Assembly: GCA_011523705.1 (NCBI GenBank) | Contig: WTGC01000045.1 | Span: forward strand, 11,508-75,507 | Origin: Chloroflexota bacterium | GTDB taxonomy: Bacteria; Chloroflexota; Anaerolineae; Aggregatilineales; Phototrophicaceae | DNA: 64,000 nucleotides | Reading direction: 5' to 3' | In this document: positions 8,950-18,607 of the stretch, piece after piece | Layout: the number at the start of each line of letters is the position of its first letter | Numbering within the stretch: position 1 is the first letter of the stretch | Made by a program: the position numbers and the translations under genes | Notes under the pieces: generated by a model | Told to the model about the DNA's origin: nothing | The model's input: the letters and a program-made list of their open reading frames with translations, nothing else | Database searches by the model: none

Positions 8950-8992
8950 TTGACATGGTCCACATATCTGCGGTAGAGTGGTACATACCAGT
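8950..8992 (+). promoter_or_regulatory. sigma70-like promoter with overlapping HutC/DasR-type operator
   Basis: TTGACA (8950-8955), 18-nt spacer, TAGAGT (8974-8979). The 16-mer AGTGGTACATACCAGT (8977-8992) is a 12/16 palindrome with core TGGTA-CA-TACCA. It resembles the GntR/HutC consensus of the type A(G/C)TGGTCTAGACCA(G/C)T. Confidence 0.45.
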
Positions 8993-9013
8993 ATACTCCA
9001 GTCTCAACCGCTT

Positions 9014-9751
9014 ATGATGACGTCAATCACAATCGATAAGAACGGCTCAACACCTTTGCATATCGGCGTTCGGACCGCCCTGGCTGAGGCCATTCAACGC
9101 GGCGATTTCAAAGCAGGCGAAAAGCTTCCATCAGAACGCGAACTGCAGAACCAGTTAGGCATCAGCCGGGCTACCATCCGTCAGGCGCTCAATGACCTGG
9201 CGAGTTCCGGCATGATCTATACCAGAAGCGGCAAGGGCACCTACGTTGCTCAACTCAGGATCGCGACATCACTCATCCCGCGGACATCCTTCTCGGAGCA
9301 CATGAGAAGTCTCGGTCATGTCCCGTCAACCCGTCTGCTCGAGATGGCTGTCGAACCCGCTTTCGGTTTGGTTGCCGATTACCTGCAAATCCCGCAAGGA
9401 GCGCAGATTATCCGTATCAAGCGCTTGCGTCTGGCGGACAATATACCCCTCGGCATTCAAAAATCGCACCTGCCTTATGATCTCTGTTATGAATTGCTGA
9501 AAAAAGATTTCAACCACGCCTCAATCTTCGACAGCCTGGTCGAACTGGGGCTCATCCCCCACAGCGCTTCCCAGGTCTTCAAAGCCAGCTTGCCAACCGA
9601 GGAAGAACAAAAGTTGCTTGCGCTACAGGCGGGGGATCCAGTGATGCGCATCGACTGGTCAACCTTTCTGGATAGTGGAAAGCCAATCGAAGCGGCCCAG
9701 CAAACCTACCGAGGCGACGAATACCGGATCGAAACATCCGGCAGAGTCTGA
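9014..9751 (+). CDS. GntR/HutC-family transcriptional regulator (wHTH + UTRA effector domain)
   Basis: Contains KLPSERELQNQLGISRATIRQALNDLASSGMIYTRSGKGTYVA followed by a UTRA-like C-terminus. I chose ATG 9014 rather than GTG 8978 because the putative operator and -10 box overlap 8974-8992. Confidence 0.85.
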   Translation: MMTSITIDKNGSTPLHIGVRTALAEAIQRGDFKAGEKLPSERELQNQLGISRATIRQALNDLASSGMIYTRSGKGTYVAQLRIATSLIPRTSFSEHMRSLGHVPSTRLLEMAVEPAFGLVADYLQIPQGAQIIRIKRLRLADNIPLGIQKSHLPYDLCYELLKKDFNHASIFDSLVELGLIPHSASQVFKASLPTEEEQKLLALQAGDPVMRIDWSTFLDSGKPIEAAQQTYRGDEYRIETSGRV

Positions 9752-9769
9752 AGCGACGCGAGGGTTCAG

Positions 9770-10813
9770 ATGAGAGAATGCATGGTCGACAAAATACGCG
9801 GATGCCTGCTCGGTCTGGCAGCCGGCGACGCGATGGGCATGGTCGGGCTCAGTTCCTATCAGCGGACCGTTGAAATCTACGGCGCCGAGTTGACTACCTT
9901 CATAACGCCGACAGATGACCCGGCGATTGACCCGGTCCACTATTTGCTGCCGAGGGGCACGGTAACGGACGATACTTTCGGCGCGCTGGCAATTGTTGAC
10001 GCCATCGTCGAAAGAGGCGAAATTTCCCTCGACACCTTCGTCGAAAGCAATATCAACTGGGTGACGTACGCCGACGCCCTCAGTTACGAGTTGGGCCGGA
10101 ATCGCGGCCTGGCCGGCCCCTCGACCAGCGCGGCGATTGCCAAACTGCGCAGCGGTGTTTCGCCCTATGAAACGGGCAAGCACGGCGTGACCAATGGCAG
10201 CGCGGCTCGGGTTCCACCAGTGGGTTTTCTCTTTCCCGGCGACCTGGAATCCACCGTAGATGCCGCCGAGTTGAGTTGCATCCCGACTCACAACACGAAT
10301 GTCGCCATTTCGGCGACCGCGGCTGTGGCATGCGCCATCTCCGTCATCGCCGCTGGCGAAACCGACATCGCGGCCATCATCGAGGCCGCCAAACAGGGCG
10401 CGGAAATGGGCAAGGCCAGAGGGCATATCGTCTACAGTCCGTCGGTCGCCAAGAGGATTGACCTGGCTGTACAGTTGGCGTCTTCAGGGAAAGACAGACG
10501 CCAGGCCAGCCAGGATATCTACGATCTCATCGGCTCCGACCTGGCCGCCTATGAGGTGGTTCCGGCCTCTTTCGGCGCCTTCGCGCTGGGAAAGGGCGAC
10601 CCGGTCGATACCATCTTAACCGCCATCAACATTTGCGGCGACTCGGATACCTTGGGCGCCATTGCCGGCGCGCTGGTGGGCGCCCTGCGCGGATTCAAAG
10701 CCTTCCCAGCTGAATATGATGAGACGGTAGAAGAGGCGAACAACCTAAATTTGGCGGATAAAGCGGCGCGCTTTTACGACGCCATCCAGTTGAATCCACC
10801 GCTCGTGAAATGA
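9770..10813 (+). CDS. ADP-ribosylglycohydrolase-family protein
   Basis: Contains LLGLAAGDAMGM near the N-terminus and CGDSDTLGAIAGALVGA near the C-terminus. Both are hallmark metal-site blocks of the ARH/DraG family. Confidence 0.85.
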   Translation: MRECMVDKIRGCLLGLAAGDAMGMVGLSSYQRTVEIYGAELTTFITPTDDPAIDPVHYLLPRGTVTDDTFGALAIVDAIVERGEISLDTFVESNINWVTYADALSYELGRNRGLAGPSTSAAIAKLRSGVSPYETGKHGVTNGSAARVPPVGFLFPGDLESTVDAAELSCIPTHNTNVAISATAAVACAISVIAAGETDIAAIIEAAKQGAEMGKARGHIVYSPSVAKRIDLAVQLASSGKDRRQASQDIYDLIGSDLAAYEVVPASFGAFALGKGDPVDTILTAINICGDSDTLGAIAGALVGALRGFKAFPAEYDETVEEANNLNLADKAARFYDAIQLNPPLVK

Positions 10814-10828
10814 TCGAGGCTCGGCCAG

Positions 10829-11818
10829 ATGGATTGCGGACCGAAGTCTGGAAAGATTGACCTCCTGGTCATTGGCGGCTTGCTTGTGATCGACCACATC
10901 GCTGTCTTGCCCGAGTTGCCAGCGCCGGGAGAAACTGCCCTGTTCCCGGGCTTGACCGCGGCGCTGGATGAAAAGTACTTCGGCGGCAACAACGTGAATC
11001 TGGCGGCGGCAGCGGCGGCCCTGGGTCTGCGTGTCGGCTTGATCGGCTTCACCGGCGCGGATTTCCAGAGCAGTGGCTACCGCGACTACCTTGACCGGAT
11101 CGGCATAGGAGACCGCTGGCTGCAAGTCCTGGATGGGCAGTCTATCGCCCACTGCTATTCGTTCTTTGACGAGGGCGGCGCCAGCCTCACATTCATGGAT
11201 TATCCTGCTGCCGCTGCTGGACTTGACTTGGCAGTCCCCAAGGCAGTTATCGAGAGCGCCCGACAGATCGTGATCATCGGCGGTCGCCGAGATGACCTTT
11301 CCGCCAGCAAAGTGCTTGAGTTTGCCGCGACCGCTCACAAGGCCCGGGTGCCGGTGGCCTTGGCTTGGGCGGGCGACAAGTCCAGCTTCGAGCCTAGATA
11401 TTTCGATCTCGCCGATACACTCCTGTGCAACCATCTCGAGATCGAGGTGATCCTCAAGTGCATGGGCCTGCGCGGCGCGGACGCGATCACGAAGTTAGCG
11501 CCCAAGCGCATTTACGTCACCCGGGGCGCAGCCGGCAGCGCGGTCTATGACGAGGGAAAAAAATCAGATATCCCGGTGGCTCAGCCCCGCCGGGCGGTCG
11601 ATCCAACCGGAGCCGGTGACGCTTACGCCGGCGGTGTGCTGGCGGGACTGGCTTGGGGCAAACCAGCCGAAACCTGCGGCCGGATCGGCGCTGTCGTAGC
11701 CAGTTTTGTGGTGGAGAAGCGAGGCTGCCAGGCGAACCTGCCATCACGCAAGCAACTCGAGGCGCGTTATCTGACTACGTATGGAGAAGTTCTGAATGCC
11801 GGCTCGGACAATGAATGA
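10829..11818 (+). CDS. PfkB-family (ribokinase-like) carbohydrate/nucleoside kinase
   Basis: Contains the C-terminal signature DPTGAGDAYAGGVLAGL and an N-terminal LVIGG.L.ID strand. Confidence 0.85.
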   Translation: MDCGPKSGKIDLLVIGGLLVIDHIAVLPELPAPGETALFPGLTAALDEKYFGGNNVNLAAAAAALGLRVGLIGFTGADFQSSGYRDYLDRIGIGDRWLQVLDGQSIAHCYSFFDEGGASLTFMDYPAAAAGLDLAVPKAVIESARQIVIIGGRRDDLSASKVLEFAATAHKARVPVALAWAGDKSSFEPRYFDLADTLLCNHLEIEVILKCMGLRGADAITKLAPKRIYVTRGAAGSAVYDEGKKSDIPVAQPRRAVDPTGAGDAYAGGVLAGLAWGKPAETCGRIGAVVASFVVEKRGCQANLPSRKQLEARYLTTYGEVLNAGSDNE

Positions 11819-11842
11819 ACCGATGCCATCGGAGGCGACTAG

Positions 11843-13330
11843 ATGAAATTGATAGAGAACGCGCTGGTTGTGACGATGGACCCGGCGCACAAGATCTATG
11901 ACCGGGGCGACATTGTCATCGACGATGGCCGGATCGCCTATGTCGGGCCAGCAGGCAGAGCGCCGTATGCGCGGGCGGGCTACAGCGAGATCGTCGACGC
12001 GTCGAGCCAGATTGTCATGCCGGGCCTGATTAACTCGCACAGCCACTCTCAGTCAGCCTTCACCAAGCTGGCCGGCAGCGGCGACCGCACCAACGTGATC
12101 ACCGCGCTCTGGTATGGCTTCGCCCATGGTTTGAATCGCTCCCTGCGCGACATTCATGTCGGCACGCTGCTGCACGCCATCCAATTGCTGAAGTCCGGCT
12201 GCACCTGCGTGATTGATCAGTTTCGCTTTTACGGGCTGCCGGAGAGCGACGAAATTGAGCAAGCTGCAACGGCCTATCAGAAGTCCGGCATGCGCGCGCT
12301 GGTGGCCTTCGATATGAGAGACCGGCCCAATACCACGCTCTTGCCCAAAGAAGTGAAAGATATTCCCCAGTCGGCGCTCGACATGATGCAGGCGCGCGAA
12401 ATGACTTTTGACGATCAGGTCGCTCTCTATCGCGCAGCCGCGGGCCAGTGGAACGCTGACGCTGCTGGCCTGGTCAAAGTCATACCGACAACCGGCTCGC
12501 CTTTAGGCTGCAGCGACAAATTGCTGATGACAATCATCGAGCTGGCTGAGGAATACGATACCGCCACCACCAGCCATATCCTGGAACACCCGAAAGACAG
12601 GCGGTCAGCTGCCGCCATGTGGGATAAACCGCTGCTGGAGCACCTCGCGGACGTCGGCTATTTGAGCGAGCGTCTGTGCATCGCGCATGCCATCTGGGTG
12701 GAAGAAGATGAGATCGAGCTGCTGGCGCGGCACGGTGCATCGGTGGCGCATAATCCGGAGTTGAACCTGCGCCTCGGCGGCGGGCGCGCATTGATCCGCA
12801 GCATGATGAACGCCGGCGTAAACCTGTCATTAGGCGCAGATAGCGCTACCAGCCAGAACATCTTTGAAGTGATGAAGATCACCGGCTTGATTCACCGCCT
12901 GGGAAAACCCAACCCGTCTGATTGGATCTACGCCGATGAGCTGATCCGCATGGCGACGATCGACGGGGCGCGCTCTCTGCGCCTGGCTGACAAGGTCGGC
13001 TCGCTGGAACCGGGCAAAGACGCCGACCTGCTGTTTCTGAACCTGAACTCGCCCTGGCTGACGCCGCTGAATGACCTGCCCTCGCGCCTGGTTTACTTCG
13101 AAAACGGCGCCGGTATCGACCGCGTGATGGTGAAAGGCGAAGTCGTAATGGAAAACGGCGAGATTCTGACCTTTGATGAACGCAGCGTGGTCGAAGAGGC
13201 GCGAGAGCTCGGCGCCGCTCTCTACGAACGCAATCAAGATTTCTATCGCCTGGCGAGCCAGATGAGCGAGATTCTGAAGCCGGAGATCCAGGCTCTGGAA
13301 GCCGAGGCCTACGAAAGGAGGAAGATTTGA
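11843..13330 (+). CDS. amidohydrolase-superfamily deaminase/chlorohydrolase-like protein
   Basis: Contains MPGLINSHSHS, the HxH metal motif, with length and layout like the MtaD/guanine/cytosine deaminase-type subgroup. Substrate not assignable. Confidence 0.8.
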   Translation: MKLIENALVVTMDPAHKIYDRGDIVIDDGRIAYVGPAGRAPYARAGYSEIVDASSQIVMPGLINSHSHSQSAFTKLAGSGDRTNVITALWYGFAHGLNRSLRDIHVGTLLHAIQLLKSGCTCVIDQFRFYGLPESDEIEQAATAYQKSGMRALVAFDMRDRPNTTLLPKEVKDIPQSALDMMQAREMTFDDQVALYRAAAGQWNADAAGLVKVIPTTGSPLGCSDKLLMTIIELAEEYDTATTSHILEHPKDRRSAAAMWDKPLLEHLADVGYLSERLCIAHAIWVEEDEIELLARHGASVAHNPELNLRLGGGRALIRSMMNAGVNLSLGADSATSQNIFEVMKITGLIHRLGKPNPSDWIYADELIRMATIDGARSLRLADKVGSLEPGKDADLLFLNLNSPWLTPLNDLPSRLVYFENGAGIDRVMVKGEVVMENGEILTFDERSVVEEARELGAALYERNQDFYRLASQMSEILKPEIQALEAEAYERRKI

Positions 13331-13400
13331 CAATCGATCGGTATTCCGCCCTTGAGGGCACATATTTCGCCAGAATTTGCATCTCATAAAGGAGCTTGAA

Positions 13401-14684
13401 ATGAATAACTTAGTCTTTAGACCGATGGCACTCTTGCTGTTATTGAGCCTGGTCCTGTTCACCGGATCCTCGTTAGCGCAGGAATCCAGCGAACCAGTAA
13501 CCATTACCGTGACCCAATGGCACACCATGGAGGCGCAGTTTGAAGCGCCTTTCATGGAGATTGTCGCGGCATTCGAAGCGGAAAACCCCGATATCAAGGT
13601 CGATGTCGTCGGGATTCCCTGGTCGGATACCACGCCGCAGCTAACGGTCCGCACAGGCGCCGGGACGCCGCCCGACGTCGCGCTGGTGAATAGCGGCGAT
13701 CCAGCCATCTTTGCCGCCATGGGCGCCCTGATCCCGATCGACGAGGTCGTCTCGGCCGAGACGCTGGAACGGATGCAGTGGGCCAAAGGCGCGCTCATCG
13801 ACGCCCCGTCCTACCTGGGCACGCAGTATGGCTTCACCTGGTACGTCTTCACCTTCCCGATGCAATACAACAAGAATGTCATGGCGGCCGCCGGGCTTGA
13901 CCCCGAGAGCCCGCCGGCAACCTGGGACGAACTCCTGGATGCCATCATCCAGGTCGGCAATGAAGGCGACGGCGCGATTGGCTTGGGCGGCAACTTCACC
14001 CAGGGGTCGTGGGGAGGCAAGTTTTACGCCGCCTTCTTGTGGGCGCATGGCGCTGATGTCCTCGATGTTGAAGGCAATGTCATCTTTGACAGCCCCGAAG
14101 CGGTCGCTGCCCTGCAGGAACTGGTCGATGTCTACCTGGCAAGCCCGAACGCCATCGGCTTCGGCACGGGCAACTATGAAGCCAGGCTGGGGTTCGCCAC
14201 CAACCAGGTGGCATTCATGCGTGAAGCCGGCTGGATACGCACCATCGCCAGGGATCTCAGCGGCGAAGGCGACGCTTTCGATGACGACTGGGGTGTGGCG
14301 GCCTGGCCCGCCGGCCATACCTACACCGGCGGTCATGTCTGGGTCGTCTTCCAGCAGAGCGAGCATAAAGAAGCGGCCGGCAAGTTCATCGAATTTGTCG
14401 TCACCAATCGGGAGATGCAGGAGCTCTGGTCGGGAGTCTTTGGCTCGATTCCGCCAATACAAGATTTCCACGATTTCGCCATGTATGACGACCCCTTCTT
14501 TGACGAATTCCTCGTCGGTCTAGGAACCGGCAGAAGCGACGCCCCACACCCGCAAGCTGACTTGGTCGCCACCTACCTTTCGATCGCCTTCACCGAGGCC
14601 CTGTCCGGCGCCGCCTCGCCGGAGGATGCCCTGAAGCGGGCGGCCAATAACGCTCGCATCGCGCTGGGACAGCCGATGCAATAA
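13401..14684 (+). CDS. family-1 (CUT1) sugar ABC substrate-binding protein
   Basis: ATG at 13401 follows AAAGGAG. It has a signal peptide (MNNLVFRPMALLLLLSLVLFTGSSLAQ). Composition is typical of extracellular solute-binding family 1. Confidence 0.85.
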   Translation: MNNLVFRPMALLLLLSLVLFTGSSLAQESSEPVTITVTQWHTMEAQFEAPFMEIVAAFEAENPDIKVDVVGIPWSDTTPQLTVRTGAGTPPDVALVNSGDPAIFAAMGALIPIDEVVSAETLERMQWAKGALIDAPSYLGTQYGFTWYVFTFPMQYNKNVMAAAGLDPESPPATWDELLDAIIQVGNEGDGAIGLGGNFTQGSWGGKFYAAFLWAHGADVLDVEGNVIFDSPEAVAALQELVDVYLASPNAIGFGTGNYEARLGFATNQVAFMREAGWIRTIARDLSGEGDAFDDDWGVAAWPAGHTYTGGHVWVVFQQSEHKEAAGKFIEFVVTNREMQELWSGVFGSIPPIQDFHDFAMYDDPFFDEFLVGLGTGRSDAPHPQADLVATYLSIAFTEALSGAASPEDALKRAANNARIALGQPMQ

Positions 14685-14706
14685 GCCCGAGCTGTCGATC
14701 GCCAAT

Positions 14707-14733
14707 GAGGGCGGGGAATGAGACCCCGCCCTC
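14707..14733 (+). terminator. intercistronic GC hairpin after the binding-protein gene (attenuator or mRNA stabiliser)
   Basis: GAGGGCGGGG-aatgaga-CCCCGCCCTC gives a perfect 10-bp stem. No clear U-tract follows. It lies between the binding-protein and permease genes, as is common in ABC operons. Confidence 0.4.
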
Positions 14734-14792
14734 CCGTTCTGCAAAATCAGCCGCTCGGCTGTCGCGCATCGCGGTCGGACAAATAGAGAGCC

Positions 14793-15692
14793 ATGACCGT
14801 CAAACTAAAAGCCTTCCTGGCGCGGGGTCCTGTCTTTGGGCTATTGCTCTGCTCGCCCGCGCTGCTGCTGATGGCATTTGTCCTCATCTATCCGCTGCTT
14901 CGCTCGATATCGCTCAGCTTTCAACGGATGAACCTGGTCTACCCGGGTCTGAATGACCCTTTCGTCGGCTTGGAAAACTATATTCGCCTCTTCACACTGG
15001 AGCCGTACTTTGCCCAGATCCTGGCTACGACCGCACTATTTGTGATCGTCACTGTGCTCTGCGGTTTCAGTCTCGGTTTCATGCTGGCTTTGATCCTGCA
15101 AAGGGTTCGCCGAACACGCGTCATCCTGCAGGCCCTATTCTTGCTGCCCTATGTCTTGCCATCGGTCGCCTTGACCCTGCTCTGGATGTGGATGTTCAAC
15201 CCGACTTTCGGCGTCGTCAATTATGTGCTGAAGGAGCTTCATCTCATTGACCAGTACAAGCGCTGGTTTGTCGATCCCAATTTAGCGCTTGTGCCGCTGA
15301 TGGCGATCACCGTATGGAAGGGCGGCGCCTTCAATATGATCATCCTCTATGCCGGCTTGCAGAATATACCGGTCGAACTCTACGAAGCAGCAAGTATCGA
15401 TGGCGGCAGCGCCCGGCAGAAGTTTCGTTATGTCACCCTGCCACAGATGCGCCCGGTGATCACCGTTCTGCTGCTTCTGTCATCGATGTACCTGATGCAG
15501 TTCTTCACCCCCATCTGGATTCTGACACGCGGCGGTCCCGGTTTTTCAACCACAACCTTGTCCATCTATATCTACCGGATCGCCTTCGAGCGTTATGACT
15601 TCGGTCTGGCATCGGCTCTGGGTACGCTGTGGTTCCTATTTCTGATGATCGTCACCTTCATCATCTTGCGGCTCAGCCGACGCCGGGATTAG
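14793..15692 (+). CDS. sugar ABC permease (MalF/UgpA-like)
   Basis: Six-TM pattern with an EAA-loop region EAASIDGGSARQKFRYVTLP. Confidence 0.9.
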   Translation: MTVKLKAFLARGPVFGLLLCSPALLLMAFVLIYPLLRSISLSFQRMNLVYPGLNDPFVGLENYIRLFTLEPYFAQILATTALFVIVTVLCGFSLGFMLALILQRVRRTRVILQALFLLPYVLPSVALTLLWMWMFNPTFGVVNYVLKELHLIDQYKRWFVDPNLALVPLMAITVWKGGAFNMIILYAGLQNIPVELYEAASIDGGSARQKFRYVTLPQMRPVITVLLLLSSMYLMQFFTPIWILTRGGPGFSTTTLSIYIYRIAFERYDFGLASALGTLWFLFLMIVTFIILRLSRRRD

Positions 15693-15710
15693 CCTGGAGG
15701 CGCGTGAATC

Positions 15711-16559
15711 TTGCTCATGTACCCGCTGCGCGAACGGCTGAACTCAGCGCTATTCGCCTTGCTCATTGCCGCGCTGCTCGTTGTCATCTTGTTTCCCCTG
15801 TTCTGGATGATCAGCACCTCTTTCAAAGAGCAGCAATTCCTCAGCGCGCTTCCGCCCCAATGGATCCCGAATCCGATCACGCTGAAACATTATGACAACG
15901 CCATCTTCTATGAGATGGACTTCTTTGTTCTGCTAAAAAACAGCTTCATCGTCGCTGTGGGAACCAGCCTGCTGGCGATCTTCTGCGGCAGCCTGGCGGC
16001 TTACAGCTTCTCGCGATACATCATCGTGGGGAGTGAATACCTGCTGGTCTTCATGCTGGCTGGGCAGATGTTTCCCGCTGTCATGATGGTGGTGCCCTTC
16101 TTTGTGATCTTGCGGGACTTCCACCTGCTGGATACCTACCTGGGCCTGATCATAGCAACAACCAGCCAGGCCCTGCCCTTCGCCACCTATCTGCTGAAAG
16201 GTTTCTTCGACAGCCTGCCGTCCGATCTGGAGGAGGCGGCCATGATCGACGGCTGCAATCGGCTGAAGGCCTTTTACAAGATTGCTTTGCCGCTGGCGCT
16301 CCCTGGGCTAATCTCCACGGCGCTGATGTCATTCATTGTTGCTTGGGATGATTACGTCTTCGCACTGACGCTGATCACCAGCGATGCTCGCCGCACCTTG
16401 CCAGTCGCCATGGTTGGCAGTTTCGTGGGAGAGTTTGCTGTGAAGTGGGGCGAAATGATGTCGGTATCATTGCTGATGAGCCTGCCAGTCGTTATTCTCT
16501 TCGTTTTCCTGCAGAAATACCTTATCCAGGGGATTACCGCCGGCGCCATCAAGGGATAA
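15711..16559 (+). CDS. sugar ABC permease (MalG/UgpE-like)
   Basis: EAA loop EEAAMIDGCNRLKAFYKIALP. The C-terminus ...YLIQGITAGAIKG is typical of the family. The start may be TTG 15711 or ATG 15717. Confidence 0.9.
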   Translation: MLMYPLRERLNSALFALLIAALLVVILFPLFWMISTSFKEQQFLSALPPQWIPNPITLKHYDNAIFYEMDFFVLLKNSFIVAVGTSLLAIFCGSLAAYSFSRYIIVGSEYLLVFMLAGQMFPAVMMVVPFFVILRDFHLLDTYLGLIIATTSQALPFATYLLKGFFDSLPSDLEEAAMIDGCNRLKAFYKIALPLALPGLISTALMSFIVAWDDYVFALTLITSDARRTLPVAMVGSFVGEFAVKWGEMMSVSLLMSLPVVILFVFLQKYLIQGITAGAIKG

Positions 16560-16674
16560 CGGTCGTTTCTCGGATCTGATCGCGAATCGGTACAGCCTAA
16601 GGCCGGGAATCCGTAAAACCTGGCTGGCGCATGCCACGCTGGCGTTTTGCCGGCGACCTACGTATGCAGGGGCC

Positions 16675-18567
16675 TTATTGCCGCCAATGGCTATCGTCTG
16701 GCTGATAGGCTAAGCCAAAACCAAACGGGTAAAGCGGGTTCTCCGAGTCGAAGGGCACATCCGCCCGCTGCTTGCGCACCGCGTCCATAGATGACGGCAG
16801 TTCAAAAGGCAGCTTGCCTTCCGGACGCGCCCGTCCAAAGATAATGTTCAGCACGGCTTCATCGCTGGCGCCGAACTCCACCAACAATCCTTTCGCCGCG
16901 GCGCTGATTTCTGGAATGACGGCGGGCCGGTCCATGCCTATCACAACGATCGTCGGAGTCGTGCCCAGCAATTTCAATATCGCCGCTTTTGCCTCGCCCT
17001 TGAAGTCGAGATCGCCATGGTGGAATTGGGCAGCGATTGGGTTTGGCGTTTCCGCCGGGTACCAAGGCGTATCCAGCCGTATGATAGCGAGGTCCGCATC
17101 GTCAGGCGCGGCAACCACCTCAGCATATTCAGCGGCAACCGACTCTGAAATATCTCGCACGTAGATCTTCGCGTCACTGCGCAAGGGCAAGACACCCTGG
17201 TCGTTTTTCAGCAGCACCATCGCACGGGATTGGCCAGCTAGCCCGGCCGCTCTCGCTTCCGCCGTGTCAAATAATGCCGCGGCGTAATCCGGATCGCAAA
17301 ATGGATTATCAAACAGACCCAACTGGAATTTCATACGCATCAGTCTGCGCACCGACTGATCAATGCGCTCCTTGGACAGAGCACCTTGTCGAACCAGCTC
17401 AACCACGTATTGCGAGCAGCTCTCGCCCCCGAATTGATCGGCGCCCGCATCCAGCACCTTTTTCACCCGTTCGATCTCGCTGAGGTGTTCGACTCCCCAA
17501 GCCCTGGCTGGCCAAACAACGCCAGACCCGAGCATTTCCATATCGGTGATCAGACCCCAGTCGGTACAGATAACGCCATCATATTGGTAGCGTTCGCGCG
17601 CCAATCCCGTGATGATCTGCCGATTAAAGGACATTGCGACATTCTCATCGGTCTGGTCCATCGGTACGCCATAGTAAGGCATGATAGCCGCTGTGTTCAC
17701 ATCAAAGGCCGCTTCAAAAGGAATGAGGTGATAGTCGAAATTGTCCCCGGGATAGATCTGACCCTTATGCAGCGCGAAATGCGAATCCAGGCCTTCGTTT
17801 TGTGGGCCTCCGCCGGGGAAGTGCTTCGTCATGCAGGCGACGCTGTCTGGCCCCAAGGTTTCGCCCTGAAATGCCTGAATATAAGCCCTGGCCAATCGCG
17901 CGCTCAAGTACGCGTCTTCGCCAAAGGTGCCGCTTATGCGCGGCCAACGCGGTTCAGTCGCCAGATCAATTTGCGGATGCAAGGACATGCGGATGCCTAC
18001 GGCGAGATACTCGCGTTTGACCACTTCAACGTATTCTCGTATGTACTCTTCACTGCCTATCGCCGCCAATCCCAAGGCACTGCAAAACTGCGTGAAGTCC
18101 GCCGGCTGAAGGTCAAAGATGTAGTTGCTGAAATGATTGCGGGGATCGGATGCGATGGTGAGCGGGATGCCCAGCCGCGTCTCCTCGGCAAATCGCTGGA
18201 TATTGTTGGTCCAGAGCGCTGTCGCCTGGGAATTGGGTATCGCCCAAATATTGAAGTGGTTCATCCAATTCTCGATCATCATGCGCTTTGCAAACATCGG
18301 CGGAACATCAATCTCGTCAAAGTTGCCCTCGTCAATCGATCCGTTTTCACCCACGGCCGATCCCTGAATGAAAAGCGAGCCAGCTTTTTCCTCCAGGGTC
18401 ATTTGCCGCAGCAGGTCTTCCACGCGCGCTTCCACCGGTTGACGCGGGTCTTCATAAATATCCAGTTTTCCATTCTTGTTGAGATCACGGTACAAAAGTC
18501 CGCTCTCTTCCTTTGCTAGCGTTGACTGTTGCTGCATGATTTGCTTGCCTTCATCAGCCATTGTCAT
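16675..18567 (-). CDS. glycoside hydrolase family 3 (beta-glucosidase/beta-xylosidase-like)
   Basis: Contains a KHFPGGGPQ block and GVICTDWGL (nucleophile-Asp region), with a C-terminal alpha/beta sandwich. GAGGAGG RBS. No signal peptide. Confidence 0.85.
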   Translation of the reverse strand: MTMADEGKQIMQQQSTLAKEESGLLYRDLNKNGKLDIYEDPRQPVEARVEDLLRQMTLEEKAGSLFIQGSAVGENGSIDEGNFDEIDVPPMFAKRMMIENWMNHFNIWAIPNSQATALWTNNIQRFAEETRLGIPLTIASDPRNHFSNYIFDLQPADFTQFCSALGLAAIGSEEYIREYVEVVKREYLAVGIRMSLHPQIDLATEPRWPRISGTFGEDAYLSARLARAYIQAFQGETLGPDSVACMTKHFPGGGPQNEGLDSHFALHKGQIYPGDNFDYHLIPFEAAFDVNTAAIMPYYGVPMDQTDENVAMSFNRQIITGLARERYQYDGVICTDWGLITDMEMLGSGVVWPARAWGVEHLSEIERVKKVLDAGADQFGGESCSQYVVELVRQGALSKERIDQSVRRLMRMKFQLGLFDNPFCDPDYAAALFDTAEARAAGLAGQSRAMVLLKNDQGVLPLRSDAKIYVRDISESVAAEYAEVVAAPDDADLAIIRLDTPWYPAETPNPIAAQFHHGDLDFKGEAKAAILKLLGTTPTIVVIGMDRPAVIPEISAAAKGLLVEFGASDEAVLNIIFGRARPEGKLPFELPSSMDAVRKQRADVPFDSENPLYPFGFGLAYQPDDSHWRQ

Positions 18568-18607
18568 TTCTCTGCCTCCTCTCTTTATCTTTCGATTGCT
18601 TGATTCA

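Noticed and set aside
12830-13798. 322-aa minus-strand ORF across the amidohydrolase / binding-protein junction
   Set aside because: It is a shadow ORF opposite two genes with clear family motifs. The same reasoning applies to 17386-18519, 24864-25718, 33262-34104, 42382-43314, 45624-46412, 56316-57019 and 60438-61451.
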